Positions 55,297-64,000 of a stretch of 64,000 nt of DNA are shown in pieces. The first letter of the stretch is position 1. Each line of letters starts with the position of its first letter. Source of the DNA: Faecousia sp. (GTDB lineage: Bacteria > Bacillota > Clostridia > Oscillospirales > Oscillospiraceae). A program made the translations under genes and the position numbers. The stretch lies in assembly GCA_050873165.1 (NCBI GenBank), contig JBNMIH010000003.1, positions 34,334-98,333 of the forward strand. Reading direction: 5' to 3'. The notes beneath the pieces are model-generated. The model made no database searches and was not told where the DNA came from. It saw nothing but the letters and a program-made list of their open reading frames with translations.

Positions 55297-57042
55297 ATGC
55301 GTAAAACTATTTCCTGGATGGTCATTCTGTTCTTATTAGTTGTTCCATTGGGAGGATGCTCATCGAACAGTGATTTACCATCACAAGATGTTAACTTAAC
55401 AAATCAAACACAAAATACTAACGAAACGGTAGCGAAAGTAGGTTCAACATCTACAACAACACAACCTACATATCAGAAGGGAACAAACACAGAACTGAAA
55501 TTCGAATTTCTCGATTGTGCATCTTTCTCAAGGTATTGGACCAATGGTATATACCGCTGTGGGCTGGATTTTCCGGCGGGGGACTATTATATTATGTCCA
55601 TATTTGGTGCAAATGCGTTGTATTGCGCTAGCGATTCTCCTAATAGTTTTGAAGATTCGACGCAAAGGATGCTTAGAAAAGTAAGTGTCGAGAATAAACA
55701 ATATGTTCAAATTCAGTATGGCGGAATCATGGTTCCGGCTAACGAGGTGGATACATCCAACTGGAAAAAATATGGCGTTTTTCTTGTTGGTGAGGACTTG
55801 CAAGAGGGAGACTATAGAATCACATCGGTGGCAAGCAGCTGCACTATTGATGGCATATGTAATATACAAAACATATCTGGTGCCTATCAAATATGCGATG
55901 ACTCTCCGGAAAAAGAGCCCATAGCATGCGGTATGCTTACTGGAAACCAGTCGTATATTACGGTAAAAAATGGTCAGTATCTTATTATTAATAATTTAGT
56001 TGCGACATTATGTGATGTTGAGACTGATAATAGGGGTTCCCAAACGGAAGCGGTAATAGAGAGTTTCGTAACAGAAAGCACAGAAACAACCAATTCAGAG
56101 ATAACTCGTTTATCTATCGAAGACTCGAAGGTGATATTAAGCGAGCAGTTTGACAAGTATCAAACATTGATAGACGATTATTCAGAGGTATTGGATTATT
56201 GGAAAGGGCACTCTTTTAATAAAAAAGATGAAATTCGTACATTGGAGTCAATGTGGGTAAAAATGGGCGATAAAGCCACTGATATTAGAGATAATTTAGC
56301 AGAGAATAAGCCACCGGAATACTATGATGAAATATGGAATGAGTTTAAAGAATGTTTTGATGAAATTGTTGGTATTTGTCAAAGAGTAGGTAGCTATGAT
56401 TTCGATAGGGTAGCCTCAAATGCCAAGGATGAGATGTACAATGATTTATTTAAAGATGCAATGAGCGAAATGCTTGAAAAACTGCAGGAGGTAATAGACC
56501 TTGCCGAACGGTTAAACAATATGCCAGCACCAGGGAGATCGGACGGCAACACGGAAACCCAGGCACCGGAAAATACTGTGACGCCGACAACAAAGCCTAC
56601 ACATAAATGTGAAGAATGCGGTAAAAACGCTGAGTACTCGATGGATAATCCTTTTTCTGGTGAAACAGAATATTACTGCAAGACACATTATGATGAAATA
56701 CAGGGCTATATCAGTCAGATTCAAGGTAACGATGTCAGCAGAGGTGCAAAGTCGGCACAAAATTCCTCCTCAACAGAGAAATATAATAGCGCTCGCCATA
56801 CTGATAGTGAGGCATGGTCTTGTGCCGTAGACATTGTTAAGAACAATTTGAAGGCTCCCTCCACCGCAAAGTTCTGTTCTTTTAATGATGGTACCGTAAC
56901 GCACCTTGGAAATGGAGAGTACAAAGTTACTGGCTGGGTTGAATCACAGAATAGCTTTGGTGCAATGATTAGGTCGAATTTCATTGTCACATATACAGCA
57001 ACTGCAAGGGGTTATAAAAATGGAGTTGCTTTGATTAATTAA
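55297..57042 (+). CDS. Large mosaic lipoprotein
   Basis: Lipobox LGGC; two GxYxxGxDxxxGxY-like repeats; CEEC...CKTH; C-terminal LKAPSTAKF...SQNSFGA; low GC. Confidence 0.75.
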   Translation: MRKTISWMVILFLLVVPLGGCSSNSDLPSQDVNLTNQTQNTNETVAKVGSTSTTTQPTYQKGTNTELKFEFLDCASFSRYWTNGIYRCGLDFPAGDYYIMSIFGANALYCASDSPNSFEDSTQRMLRKVSVENKQYVQIQYGGIMVPANEVDTSNWKKYGVFLVGEDLQEGDYRITSVASSCTIDGICNIQNISGAYQICDDSPEKEPIACGMLTGNQSYITVKNGQYLIINNLVATLCDVETDNRGSQTEAVIESFVTESTETTNSEITRLSIEDSKVILSEQFDKYQTLIDDYSEVLDYWKGHSFNKKDEIRTLESMWVKMGDKATDIRDNLAENKPPEYYDEIWNEFKECFDEIVGICQRVGSYDFDRVASNAKDEMYNDLFKDAMSEMLEKLQEVIDLAERLNNMPAPGRSDGNTETQAPENTVTPTTKPTHKCEECGKNAEYSMDNPFSGETEYYCKTHYDEIQGYISQIQGNDVSRGAKSAQNSSSTEKYNSARHTDSEAWSCAVDIVKNNLKAPSTAKFCSFNDGTVTHLGNGEYKVTGWVESQNSFGAMIRSNFIVTYTATARGYKNGVALIN

Positions 57043-57060
57043 GTTGGTTTAGCTTTGTTG

Positions 57061-57092
57061 CAAAAAAGGACGGCATTTGTCGTCCTTTTTGC
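57061..57092. terminator. Intrinsic terminator
   Basis: CAAAAAAGGACG...CGTCCTTTTTG. Confidence 0.7.
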
Positions 57093-57152
57093 ATATGGGG
57101 TAAGAAAACATATTTTTTCGGGATGATAAAGCTATGTTTTATCTATGCGGGT

Positions 57153-57204
57153 CCCCTCCACACCTGCCGCCTGCGGGTGGCACCCTCTCCAGGCAGGAGA
57201 GGGC
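57153..57204. repeat. Degenerate half copy of the REP-like element
   Basis: CCCCTCCACACCTGCCGCCTGCGGGTGGCACCCTCTCCAGGCAGGAGAGGG resembles halves of copies A and C. Confidence 0.55.
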
Positions 57205-57310
57205 ATGGAGATGCTTGCACTGTTAGATCGGAAAATCCGGGGCCTGCTTTGGATGTGATGTTAAACAAAATCCCCGAACGCGTTTGCGTTCGGGGAAGAA
57301 AAGCTTTCGC

Positions 57311-58003
57311 TTACAGATACTTGGCAGTAGAGACCTTCACGCCGGGGCCCATGGTGGACACGACGGTGCAGGACTTGATATACTGACCCTTGGCAGCGGC
57401 GGGCTTGGCCTTGACGACAGCCTTGACCAGGGTGTCCATGTTCTCGGTCAGCTTCTCAGCGCCGAAGGAAACCTTGCCGATGGGGCAGTGGATGATGTTG
57501 GTCTTGTCCAGACGGTACTCCACCTTACCGGCTTTGATTTCCTTAACAGCGGCAGCCACGTTGGGGGTGACGGTGCCGGCCTTGGGGGAGGGCATCAGAC
57601 CCTTGGGGCCCAGGACCTTACCAAGACGGCCAACGATACCCATCATGTCGGGGGAAGCAACGACGACATCAAAGTCGAACCAGTTCTCCTTGGTGATCTT
57701 CTCCACCAGGTCCATGCCGCCGACATAGTCAGCTCCGCCAGCCTTGGCTTCTTCCACCTTGGCGTCCTTGGCGAACACCAGGACCCGACGGGTCTTGCCG
57801 GTGCCGTTGGGCAGAACCACAGCGCCGCGGACCTGCTGGTCGGCGTGGCGGGAGTCAACACCCAGCTTGATGTGCAGCTCGACGGTTTCGTCGAACTTAG
57901 CGGAAGCACCCTTCACGACCAGGTCCAGGGCTTCGGCGGGATCATACTGAACAGCGCGGTCGATCAGCTTCGCGCTCTCTTTATACTTTTTGCCTCTAAA
58001 CAA
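57311..58003 (-). CDS. rplA: 50S ribosomal protein L1 (TTG start)
   Basis: [28 protein letters not shown]. Confidence 0.97.
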   Translation of the reverse strand: MFRGKKYKESAKLIDRAVQYDPAEALDLVVKGASAKFDETVELHIKLGVDSRHADQQVRGAVVLPNGTGKTRRVLVFAKDAKVEEAKAGGADYVGGMDLVEKITKENWFDFDVVVASPDMMGIVGRLGKVLGPKGLMPSPKAGTVTPNVAAAVKEIKAGKVEYRLDKTNIIHCPIGKVSFGAEKLTENMDTLVKAVVKAKPAAAKGQYIKSCTVVSTMGPGVKVSTAKYL

Positions 58004-58010
58004 TGTAATT

Positions 58011-58049
58011 ATCCTCCTTAAAGTGGTGATGCGGAAAAATCCTCCCACA
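58011..58049 (-). promoter_or_regulatory. Candidate L1-binding site upstream of rplA
   Basis: GTGGGAGG...CCGCATCACCAC hairpin before the RBS. Confidence 0.55.
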
Positions 58050-58083
58050 TTTCCGGGTCAATCTGCCCGGATTCAGCATTCTA

Positions 58084-58509
58084 TCAGTCGACGACGGTAA
58101 CGCCCATGGAGCGGCAGGTACCGGCGACCTGGCTCTCGGCGGCTTCCAGAGTGGTAGCGTTCAGGTCGGGCATCTTGGTCTTAGCGATCTCAGCGATCTG
58201 AGCCTTGGTGATGGTGCCGACTTTGGTCTTGTTGGGAACGCCGGAGCCCTTCTCCAGACCGATGGCCTTCATGATGAGCATGGGGGTCGGAGGAGTCTTG
58301 GTGATGAAGGTGAAGCTGCGGTCGGCGTAAACAGTGATGACTACGGGGATCTTGTAGCCTTCCTGATCCTTGGTCCGAGCGTTGAACTCCTTGATGAATG
58401 CTGCGATATTCACACCGTGCTGACCCAGAGCAGGACCAACAGGGGGAGAAGCGGTTGCCTTAGCGGCGTTGATCTGAAGCTTGATAATGCCAGTTACTTT
58501 CTGTGCCAT
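58084..58509 (-). CDS. rplK: 50S ribosomal protein L11
   Basis: [25 protein letters not shown]. Confidence 0.98.
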   Translation of the reverse strand: MAQKVTGIIKLQINAAKATASPPVGPALGQHGVNIAAFIKEFNARTKDQEGYKIPVVITVYADRSFTFITKTPPTPMLIMKAIGLEKGSGVPNKTKVGTITKAQIAEIAKTKMPDLNATTLEAAESQVAGTCRSMGVTVVD

Positions 58510-58515
58510 AATAGC

Positions 58516-58583
58516 ACCTCCTGAATAAGATGTGGTAATGATGCGCTTGCACGCATTGCTTGCGGGGTAAAAACCCCTCCCAC
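58516..58583 (-). promoter_or_regulatory. Candidate L1-binding site upstream of rplK
   Basis: GTGGGAGGGG...CCCCG...TTACCAC before the RBS. Confidence 0.55.
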
Positions 58584-58611
58584 GTTCCGGCCCATAATGG
58601 ACCCGATGCGT

Positions 58612-59142
58612 TTATTGGGAAACGACCTCAACCTGATCGAGCTCAAACTCGACAGTGGTCTCCCGGCCGAACATGGATACCACCACGTTCACCGAGTTGT
58701 TGTCGACATCGATGCTTTCCACCGTGCCGGTGAAGGAGCTCAGAGGCCCGTCCATAATGCGGACCGTATCGCCCACATTGTAGGAGACAATGATTTCCTT
58801 CTTTTCCACACCCATGGCGTAGACCTCTTCGTCCGTCAGGGGAGTGGGGTCATTGCTGGAGGTGCCGACGAAGCCGGTGACTCCGCGCACATTCCGAATG
58901 ACATGCCAGGTATCGTCACTGTAGACCATCTTCACAAGCACATAGCCGGGATAAACCTTCCGGTCGTAGGTCTTGCTGACGCCGGACTCCGTAATCTCCG
59001 TGACGGTTTCCAGAGGAATGGACACGGCCAGGATCTGATCCTGCAGTTTACGGCTTTCGACGGTTTTTTCGATGGTGGCCTTTACGGTGTTTTCATACCC
59101 GGAATAGGTATGCACAACATACCATCTTGCAGTTTCTGCCAT
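58612..59142 (-). CDS. nusG: Transcription factor NusG
   Basis: WYVVHTYSGYEN, PGYVLV, MFGRET. Confidence 0.97.
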   Translation of the reverse strand: MAETARWYVVHTYSGYENTVKATIEKTVESRKLQDQILAVSIPLETVTEITESGVSKTYDRKVYPGYVLVKMVYSDDTWHVIRNVRGVTGFVGTSSNDPTPLTDEEVYAMGVEKKEIIVSYNVGDTVRIMDGPLSSFTGTVESIDVDNNSVNVVVSMFGRETTVEFELDQVEVVSQ

Positions 59143-59153
59143 GACTGCTACCC

Positions 59154-59384
59154 TTAGTGGAAGACACCGATGAGGGCATCAATACCGACCTGAGCAACAA
59201 AGTCAAACAGCCAGATGAAAATGCCCACGCAAATCACGCAGACAACAACAATGGCTGCATTCTTCAGCACCTGCTGGTAGGTGGGCCACACGACCTTCTT
59301 CAGCTCGCTCTTCAGCTCGCGGAAGTACTTGGTGACACGGCCCCAGGTTCTCTTGAACCAGTTTTCCTTTTTGACTTCTGCCAT
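59154..59384 (-). CDS. secE: Preprotein translocase SecE
   Basis: ELKKVVWP followed by a TM segment. Confidence 0.95.
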   Translation of the reverse strand: MAEVKKENWFKRTWGRVTKYFRELKSELKKVVWPTYQQVLKNAAIVVVCVICVGIFIWLFDFVAQVGIDALIGVFH

Positions 59385-59399
59385 GATGGGGCGTCCTCC

Positions 59400-59549
59400 T
59401 TACTTGGTCTCGGTGTGAGTGGTGTGCTTTCTGCAGAATCTGCAGTACTTCTTCATCTCGAGACGGTCGGGGTCGTTCTTCTTGTTCTTCATGGTGTTGT
59501 AGTTTCTCTGCTTGCACTCAGAGCATCTCAAAGTGACTTTAACGCGCAT
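59400..59549 (-). CDS. rpmG: 50S ribosomal protein L33 (absent from the ORF track)
   Basis: [49 protein letters not shown]. Confidence 0.97.
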   Translation of the reverse strand: MRVKVTLRCSECKQRNYNTMKNKKNDPDRLEMKKYCRFCRKHTTHTETK

Positions 59550-59830
59550 AACGGCACCTCCTTAAAATTTGCCTCCCTGTATCACACCCGGCTAGAAAGA
59601 AAAGATTTAGAAAGCGATGAACTACATAGAAATCGCTCCGGGGCTGAAAAAAGGCGCACAAAAAAAGAACCCTTTTTCACAGGTGAAATCATTCTACCAT
59701 AGGGGGTGCCGGTTGTCAACAGATATTTTCACATTTTTCCTTCTTTTTTCTCTCTTTCCCATCCTCAGACGGTTGCTTTTTGGGATTTGACCCGGTACAA
59801 TAGAGAAAATACAGAAAGGGGAATGATCGT

Positions 59831-60250
59831 ATGAAGATCATGGGAATTGACTACGGCGATGCCCGTACCGGCGTTGCCGTTTCGGACCTGCTCTGCTCCA
59901 TTGTGGGCTCCACCACGGTGGTGCCCAGCCGGAACCACGAAAAGCTGATGGCGGACATCCTCCGGCTCATCCAGGAGAACGGGGTGGGGGAAGTAGTTGT
60001 AGGCCTGCCAAAGAATATGGATGGCACCGAGGGCCCCCGGGCAGAGCTCTGCCGGGCCTTTGCAGAAGAGCTGAAGGAAAAATGTGGACTTCCCGTTGCC
60101 ATGTGGGATGAGCGCAGGACCACGGTAGAGGCCCATAATATTCTCTCCGCCCACAATTACCACGGGCAGAAGCGAAAGAATACGGTGGATGCCGTAGCCG
60201 CCTCCCTGATTCTGGAGGGATATCTGGCGTTCAGGCAGCACAACAAATAA
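59831..60250 (+). CDS. ruvX: YqgF/RuvX family nuclease
   Basis: GIDYGDARTGVAVSD, VGLP, WDERRTT, DAVAA.LIL. Confidence 0.93.
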   Translation: MKIMGIDYGDARTGVAVSDLLCSIVGSTTVVPSRNHEKLMADILRLIQENGVGEVVVGLPKNMDGTEGPRAELCRAFAEELKEKCGLPVAMWDERRTTVEAHNILSAHNYHGQKRKNTVDAVAASLILEGYLAFRQHNK

Positions 60251-60251
60251 G

Positions 60252-60369
60252 ACCCTCTCCTGGGAGAGGGTGGCAGGGCGAAGCCCTGACGGGTGTGGGG
60301 CGGCATAGAGGACAGATCGGGTACCGCCCCTCATCCGCCGCTGAGGCGGCACCTTCCCCCAGGGGAAGG
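60252..60369. repeat. REP/REPIN-like element, copy C (inverted relative to A)
   Basis: Left half matches the reverse complement of 15341..15390; right half resembles the reverse complement of 15269..15316. Confidence 0.8.
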
Positions 60370-60738
60370 CTGGGGCTTTCCTTTGTACAGCACCTCCCGT
60401 ATGCCAGCGGCCAGCAGCAAAATACCAAAGGGGATCCGCAGCGCTTCCGGGTCCAGCCGCTGCCGCAGCAGAGACATGCTCCAGGCGCCAAGGCATCCGG
60501 CAAGGATCCCCGGGAGCAGCTGCCGAAAGTCCACACTGCCCTGTCTGCGCCTGAACCAGGTGGAGACCAGTGCCGAGGGGAGAAAGAACAGAAGATTGAC
60601 GCTTCTGGCCCGTTCCGGCTCCCAGCCCAGCACCAGCGTCAGCCACAGGATCAGCAGGCTCCCGCCGCCGATGCCCAGAGCGGAGAGAACACCCAGGACT
60701 GTGCCGACGAGGAGCGAAACCGGAAGGGATCCTAGCAT
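60331..60738 (-). CDS. TauE/SafE (TSUP) family half-transporter
   Basis: LSALGIGGGSLL, NLLFFLP; C-terminus runs into the repeat. Confidence 0.8.
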   Translation of the reverse strand: MLGSLPVSLLVGTVLGVLSALGIGGGSLLILWLTLVLGWEPERARSVNLLFFLPSALVSTWFRRRQGSVDFRQLLPGILAGCLGAWSMSLLRQRLDPEALRIPFGILLLAAGIREVLYKGKPQPSPGGRCRLSGG

Positions 60739-61085
60739 AGATACCGGATCCCTCCCCAGAGAATAAAGATCCCCAATACCCTGTGGAGCCACTCCACAGG
60801 GACCTTTTTGCCCCAAAGCCCGCCCAGGAGACCGCCAATGGCGCTGCCTGGAAGGTAGGGGAGGGCATCGGAAAGGTTCGTTCCCCCTGACCGGACATTT
60901 ACCAGCAGCACCGTCACACAGACGGGCAGGATGATGGCTACGGAGGCGGGGAAGAGCTTTTCCTGCTCCATTCCGCCCCAGAGGCTCAGAATGGGCACCA
61001 GCACCAGACCGCCCCCGGCGCCGAAAAGCCCGGCTACACACCCGGCGGCGAGGCCCGCCAGGACGAGGGGCACAGCATTCTTCAT
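60732..61085 (-). CDS. TauE/SafE (TSUP) family half-transporter
   Basis: GLFGAGGGLVLVP, SVAIILP. Confidence 0.82.
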   Translation of the reverse strand: MKNAVPLVLAGLAAGCVAGLFGAGGGLVLVPILSLWGGMEQEKLFPASVAIILPVCVTVLLVNVRSGGTNLSDALPYLPGSAIGGLLGGLWGKKVPVEWLHRVLGIFILWGGIRYLC

Positions 61086-61141
61086 AAAAAAGCACCTCCT
61101 CCGGAAATTGTTTCCAGAGGAGGTGTTTTTATACGGTTTTA

Positions 61142-62752
61142 TCAGCTGTTGGAGCTCAGCACCAGGTCGGTGCGGATGTGGGAAGTATCGCCCACAGTCA
61201 TATCCACGCTCTCCACCAGGGTGTTGTACCAGGTGTTGTAGGTGTCGTTCTGCAGATCGGTCTTGATAAGGTACTCCCGGTAGGTCTCTTCAGACTGGCC
61301 CACGAAGTACATGACGTGGTAGCCGTAGTCGGTCTCCACGATGCCGGTGTCGCCGGGCTTGCGGCTCTCGTCGAAGCACCAGTCGTTGAAGGCAGTGACC
61401 ATCTGGCCAGGGTAGACGTTCTCGTACAGGCCTCCGTTGTCCTTGGAGCCGGTGTCAGTGGTCTTGTCAGTGGCCAGAGCGGCGAAGCTGTCTTCGGTGG
61501 CTTCGCCCTGCTTCCATTCGTTCAGCAGGTCCTCGGCGGTCTGCTTGGCGGCAGCCTTCTCCTCGTCGGAGTAGGTGGTGTTGCCGCTGTCGTCCGTGGT
61601 GCCGCCCTCAAAGCCCGCCAGGATATGCCGGACATTCACCAGAGGGAACTGGTTGTCGGTGGAGCCCACGTAGTAGACGGTGTAGTAGCCGGAGATGGTG
61701 GTCACCTCGTTGCCGTCCTCGTCGGTAGAGGTGGAGGTGCTGGCAATATAGGTCTTGTCGCCCTCTTTGCGGCTGCTGTCGCTGACCCAGTCGGCAATGA
61801 CGGAGCTGACAGAGGTGTAGCGGTTATCGGTCAGAGCGGTGCTGGCGGCGGAGGAGGAATCAGCGTTGACCTCCAGCTTGGCGATGGCGGCATCGAAGTC
61901 GGCCACGCTCTGAATGTCGGCGCCGGTGATGGCCTTGGCGTCGGCCTCAGCGGCGGCAGCCTTCTCTTCGTTGGTGGCATTGTCGTCCAGGTAACGGCTG
62001 GAGGACAGATAGTACTGGTTGTAGGAGTAGGAGTTGTAGACCTTGCTGTCCTCATTGTCCTTGGCATTCATTTCGTCATCGGTGAAGGTCAGGCTGTCCT
62101 TATACGCCTGCTGATAGCCGCTGGCGGTCAGATTGGCCCGGAGGTAGTTCTGGTAGCCTTCCACAGTGGCGCCCTTGCCGTACATGGCCTTCAGGTAATC
62201 CACAGGCTTGGAATAGCCGTAGACGCTGGCGTAGAGAGACAGGTTGGAGGTGATGGAATCGATCTGATCCTGATCCTCCTGGGTCAGCTCATAGCCGTTC
62301 TTCTCGGCCTCCTGGCACACGGCGTAGACGGACTTGGCGCTCTCCTCAGCGGAGGACAGGAAGTAGTCCGCCCAGGTCTCGCCGGTCTCTTCGTTGTAGG
62401 TCTGCTGGTTCAGAGCCTTGCCGGTGTCCAGGCCGAACAGGGACAGGTAGGAACCGTTCTGGGAATAGAAGCTGTTGACGGTGTCGATGAAGTAGTAGCT
62501 CAGCTCCGCGTTGCTCATGGTGGTGTCCCCCAGGGTCAGGGCCACGGTGTTCTTCTCCCGGGTGCCGCTGTTGGCAATGGACCGGTTGACGCTGACGGCT
62601 ACGGCCACGATCACCAGAAGAGCCAGGACCACGCCGAAGGCGATGGTGTAGGCTTTGGTCTTCTTGTCTTCCTTGTTCTGCGCAATCTGCTTTTCGGTCA
62701 GCTTGGCAGAGTTTTCTTCAGCACGAAGCTTCTTCTTGCTGGATGCACTCAT
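61142..62752 (-). CDS. Membrane-anchored parvulin-type peptidyl-prolyl isomerase (PrsA-like)
   Basis: N-terminal TM; VRHIL, FAALA, DTGS..NGGLY, MV.AFNDWCF, YGYHVMY. Confidence 0.88.
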   Translation of the reverse strand: MSASSKKKLRAEENSAKLTEKQIAQNKEDKKTKAYTIAFGVVLALLVIVAVAVSVNRSIANSGTREKNTVALTLGDTTMSNAELSYYFIDTVNSFYSQNGSYLSLFGLDTGKALNQQTYNEETGETWADYFLSSAEESAKSVYAVCQEAEKNGYELTQEDQDQIDSITSNLSLYASVYGYSKPVDYLKAMYGKGATVEGYQNYLRANLTASGYQQAYKDSLTFTDDEMNAKDNEDSKVYNSYSYNQYYLSSSRYLDDNATNEEKAAAAEADAKAITGADIQSVADFDAAIAKLEVNADSSSAASTALTDNRYTSVSSVIADWVSDSSRKEGDKTYIASTSTSTDEDGNEVTTISGYYTVYYVGSTDNQFPLVNVRHILAGFEGGTTDDSGNTTYSDEEKAAAKQTAEDLLNEWKQGEATEDSFAALATDKTTDTGSKDNGGLYENVYPGQMVTAFNDWCFDESRKPGDTGIVETDYGYHVMYFVGQSEETYREYLIKTDLQNDTYNTWYNTLVESVDMTVGDTSHIRTDLVLSSNS

Positions 62753-62875
62753 GGTATCATTTCCTCTCGTTATTGGTATGCAAATAGTATATTTGCAGAT
62801 AGACTTGCCTATTATAATCGAAAAGAGGCTCAGTTGCAAGAGGGGAATGACGGAAAAAGAAAAATTTACAAACAA

Positions 62876-62905
62876 AAACCCCGGGGAACCGAAGTTCCTC
62901 GGGGG
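62876..62905 (-). terminator. Terminator after 6S RNA
   Basis: CCCCGAGGAAC-TTCG-GTTCCCCGGGG-TTTTT. Confidence 0.75.
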
Positions 62906-62906
62906 A

Positions 62907-63097
62907 CCCGCTTTAGCCGTATCGCATCCAATTATGACCTGCACGAAATGGCAGGTGGGTTGCCGCTCCCGACGTTCTCTGCTCCCAGCGTCCACCCATC
63001 GTCGAGGCGTGGGCGGGAGGTCTGCAATCCCGCCGGGAAGTCTAACTTCCCGTTAAAAAAATGTGGGTCCAAAAGGACACGACACGCACCAAGCAGG
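62907..63097 (-). ncRNA. ssrS: 6S RNA
   Basis: About 190 nt; 5' CCTGCTT..CGTGTCGTGTCC pairs with 3' GGATGCGATACG..AAGCGGG; clostridial-type GAGCGGCAACCCACCTGC motif. Confidence 0.75.
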
Positions 63098-63107
63098 AAG
63101 AAGCGAC

Positions 63108-63386
63108 TCACTCGCTGTCTTCTTCCTCGTAAAGCTCATCCATAATAAGGTCGTACACGGCCTTTAACTCTTCTTCGTCTTCGATGGCACAAAGAATGGG
63201 TTCGCCGTCTTCCTCAATGGATTTCAGAATGCTCACTTCCAGGTCGTCGGAATCCTCCGCGCCTGCAGGGATGACAGCCATGTAGCTCTCCCCGTTGTAT
63301 TCGGTGGTGGTGAGCACCTCCAGCTCGTATTCCGTTCCGTCTTCATCGGTGATGGTGATAAAATCGGAACCGTATTGATCTTCCAT
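63108..63386 (-). CDS. DUF1292 domain protein
   Basis: ITITDEDGTEYELEVL, acidic composition, IEDEEEL. Confidence 0.88.
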   Translation of the reverse strand: MEDQYGSDFITITDEDGTEYELEVLTTTEYNGESYMAVIPAGAEDSDDLEVSILKSIEEDGEPILCAIEDEEELKAVYDLIMDELYEEEDSE

Positions 63387-63649
63387 AATGGGACTCCTTC
63401 CCGGGGCTCATTTCTTGTCTGTATTGTACAACCAATGGGCCGTAAAATCAAGAGGGAAAATTTCTTTTTCTTTCTTCGACTTTTTCGCCTATAGTTTTCC
63501 CGGGAAATTCACCTATAATTCACGAATTAGGGCTTTCGTTTTTTGAATTCCTATGATATAATCCGGAGATGATATGGTGACGAACCATGCGCATTTCTCT
63601 GAAAGGATTCGATTTTGCCCAGCCTTTGGGAAAATCGTGGGTTTGACCT

Positions 63650-64000
63650 ATGGCAAACGATGAAAACATGAAAAGAAGGAGAAAAAAGAAGGAACGCCAG
63701 GACTGGAATCCCCACTGGACCATCAAGACCCTTTATACCGTGGGCTCCGTGGCCCTGTCCGCCCTGAAGATCGCCATCGGCGGCTGCCTGACGGTGGTGC
63801 TGATATTGCTCATCTGCGGCGTGGTTTTTGTGGGGACCTTGGGGGACTATCTCCAGAACGACATCCTGACGGAAGCCTCCGACTGGTCCATTGACGACTA
63901 CGATCTGGAGAAGACCTCTTTCCTTTATTATGTGGACAACGATGGAAATATTCAGCAGCTCCAGCAGATATACACCACCACGGACCGGCAGATCGCGACC
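63650..64000 (+). CDS. 3'-truncated probable class A penicillin-binding protein
   Basis: Basic N-terminus, TM segment, then TSFLYYVDNDG...DR typical of the transglycosylase linker; open to the window end. Confidence 0.6.
   Translation, partial: MANDENMKRRRKKKERQDWNPHWTIKTLYTVGSVALSALKIAIGGCLTVVLILLICGVVFVGTLGDYLQNDILTEASDWSIDDYDLEKTSFLYYVDNDGNIQQLQQIYTTTDRQIAT

Noticed and set aside
61178-63145. Long antisense or alternate-frame ORFs (this 655-aa one, also 37301..38890, 41660..43051, 10350..11537, 15479..16903 and similar)
   Set aside because: They shadow well-supported genes on the opposite strand, as expected with high GC3, and have no recognisable motifs

Overview
This is a 64 kb, mostly GC-rich chromosomal segment from a spore-forming Clostridia-class bacterium; gene content and repeats suggest Oscillospiraceae. 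Core genes include ackA, tmcAL, pepT, nth, birA, rpmE, hflX, dgt-dnaG, cmk, ispH-rpsA, rplL/J/A/K, nusG, secE, rpmG and ruvX. RNA elements are tRNA-Trp, tRNA-Ile2, 6S RNA, a T-box before brnQ and a yybP-ykoY-like riboswitch. Accessory loci are an ECF sigma/anti-sigma cluster, a two-component system with one ABC ATPase and three FtsX-type permeases, a Crp/Fnr-linked metal ATPase operon, a low-GC islet at tRNA-Trp and a low-GC islet splitting rplA from rplJ. The best leads are: (1) two diverged RpoD-derived genes in the usual rpoD slot after dnaG, the second lacking promoter-recognition motifs (possible core-binding decoy); (2) a Mn2+-type riboswitch controlling a stand-alone OadB plus an unannotated 38-aa OadG-like peptide; (3) a HEPN-motif/CBS fusion in the rplA-rplJ islet; (4) one extracytoplasmic domain shared by an anti-sigma factor and two lipoproteins; (5) an internal promoter and start inside ispH-rpsA. 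No CRISPR array, rRNA, integrase or transposase was seen. All calls come from reading the sequence by eye; no searches were run.
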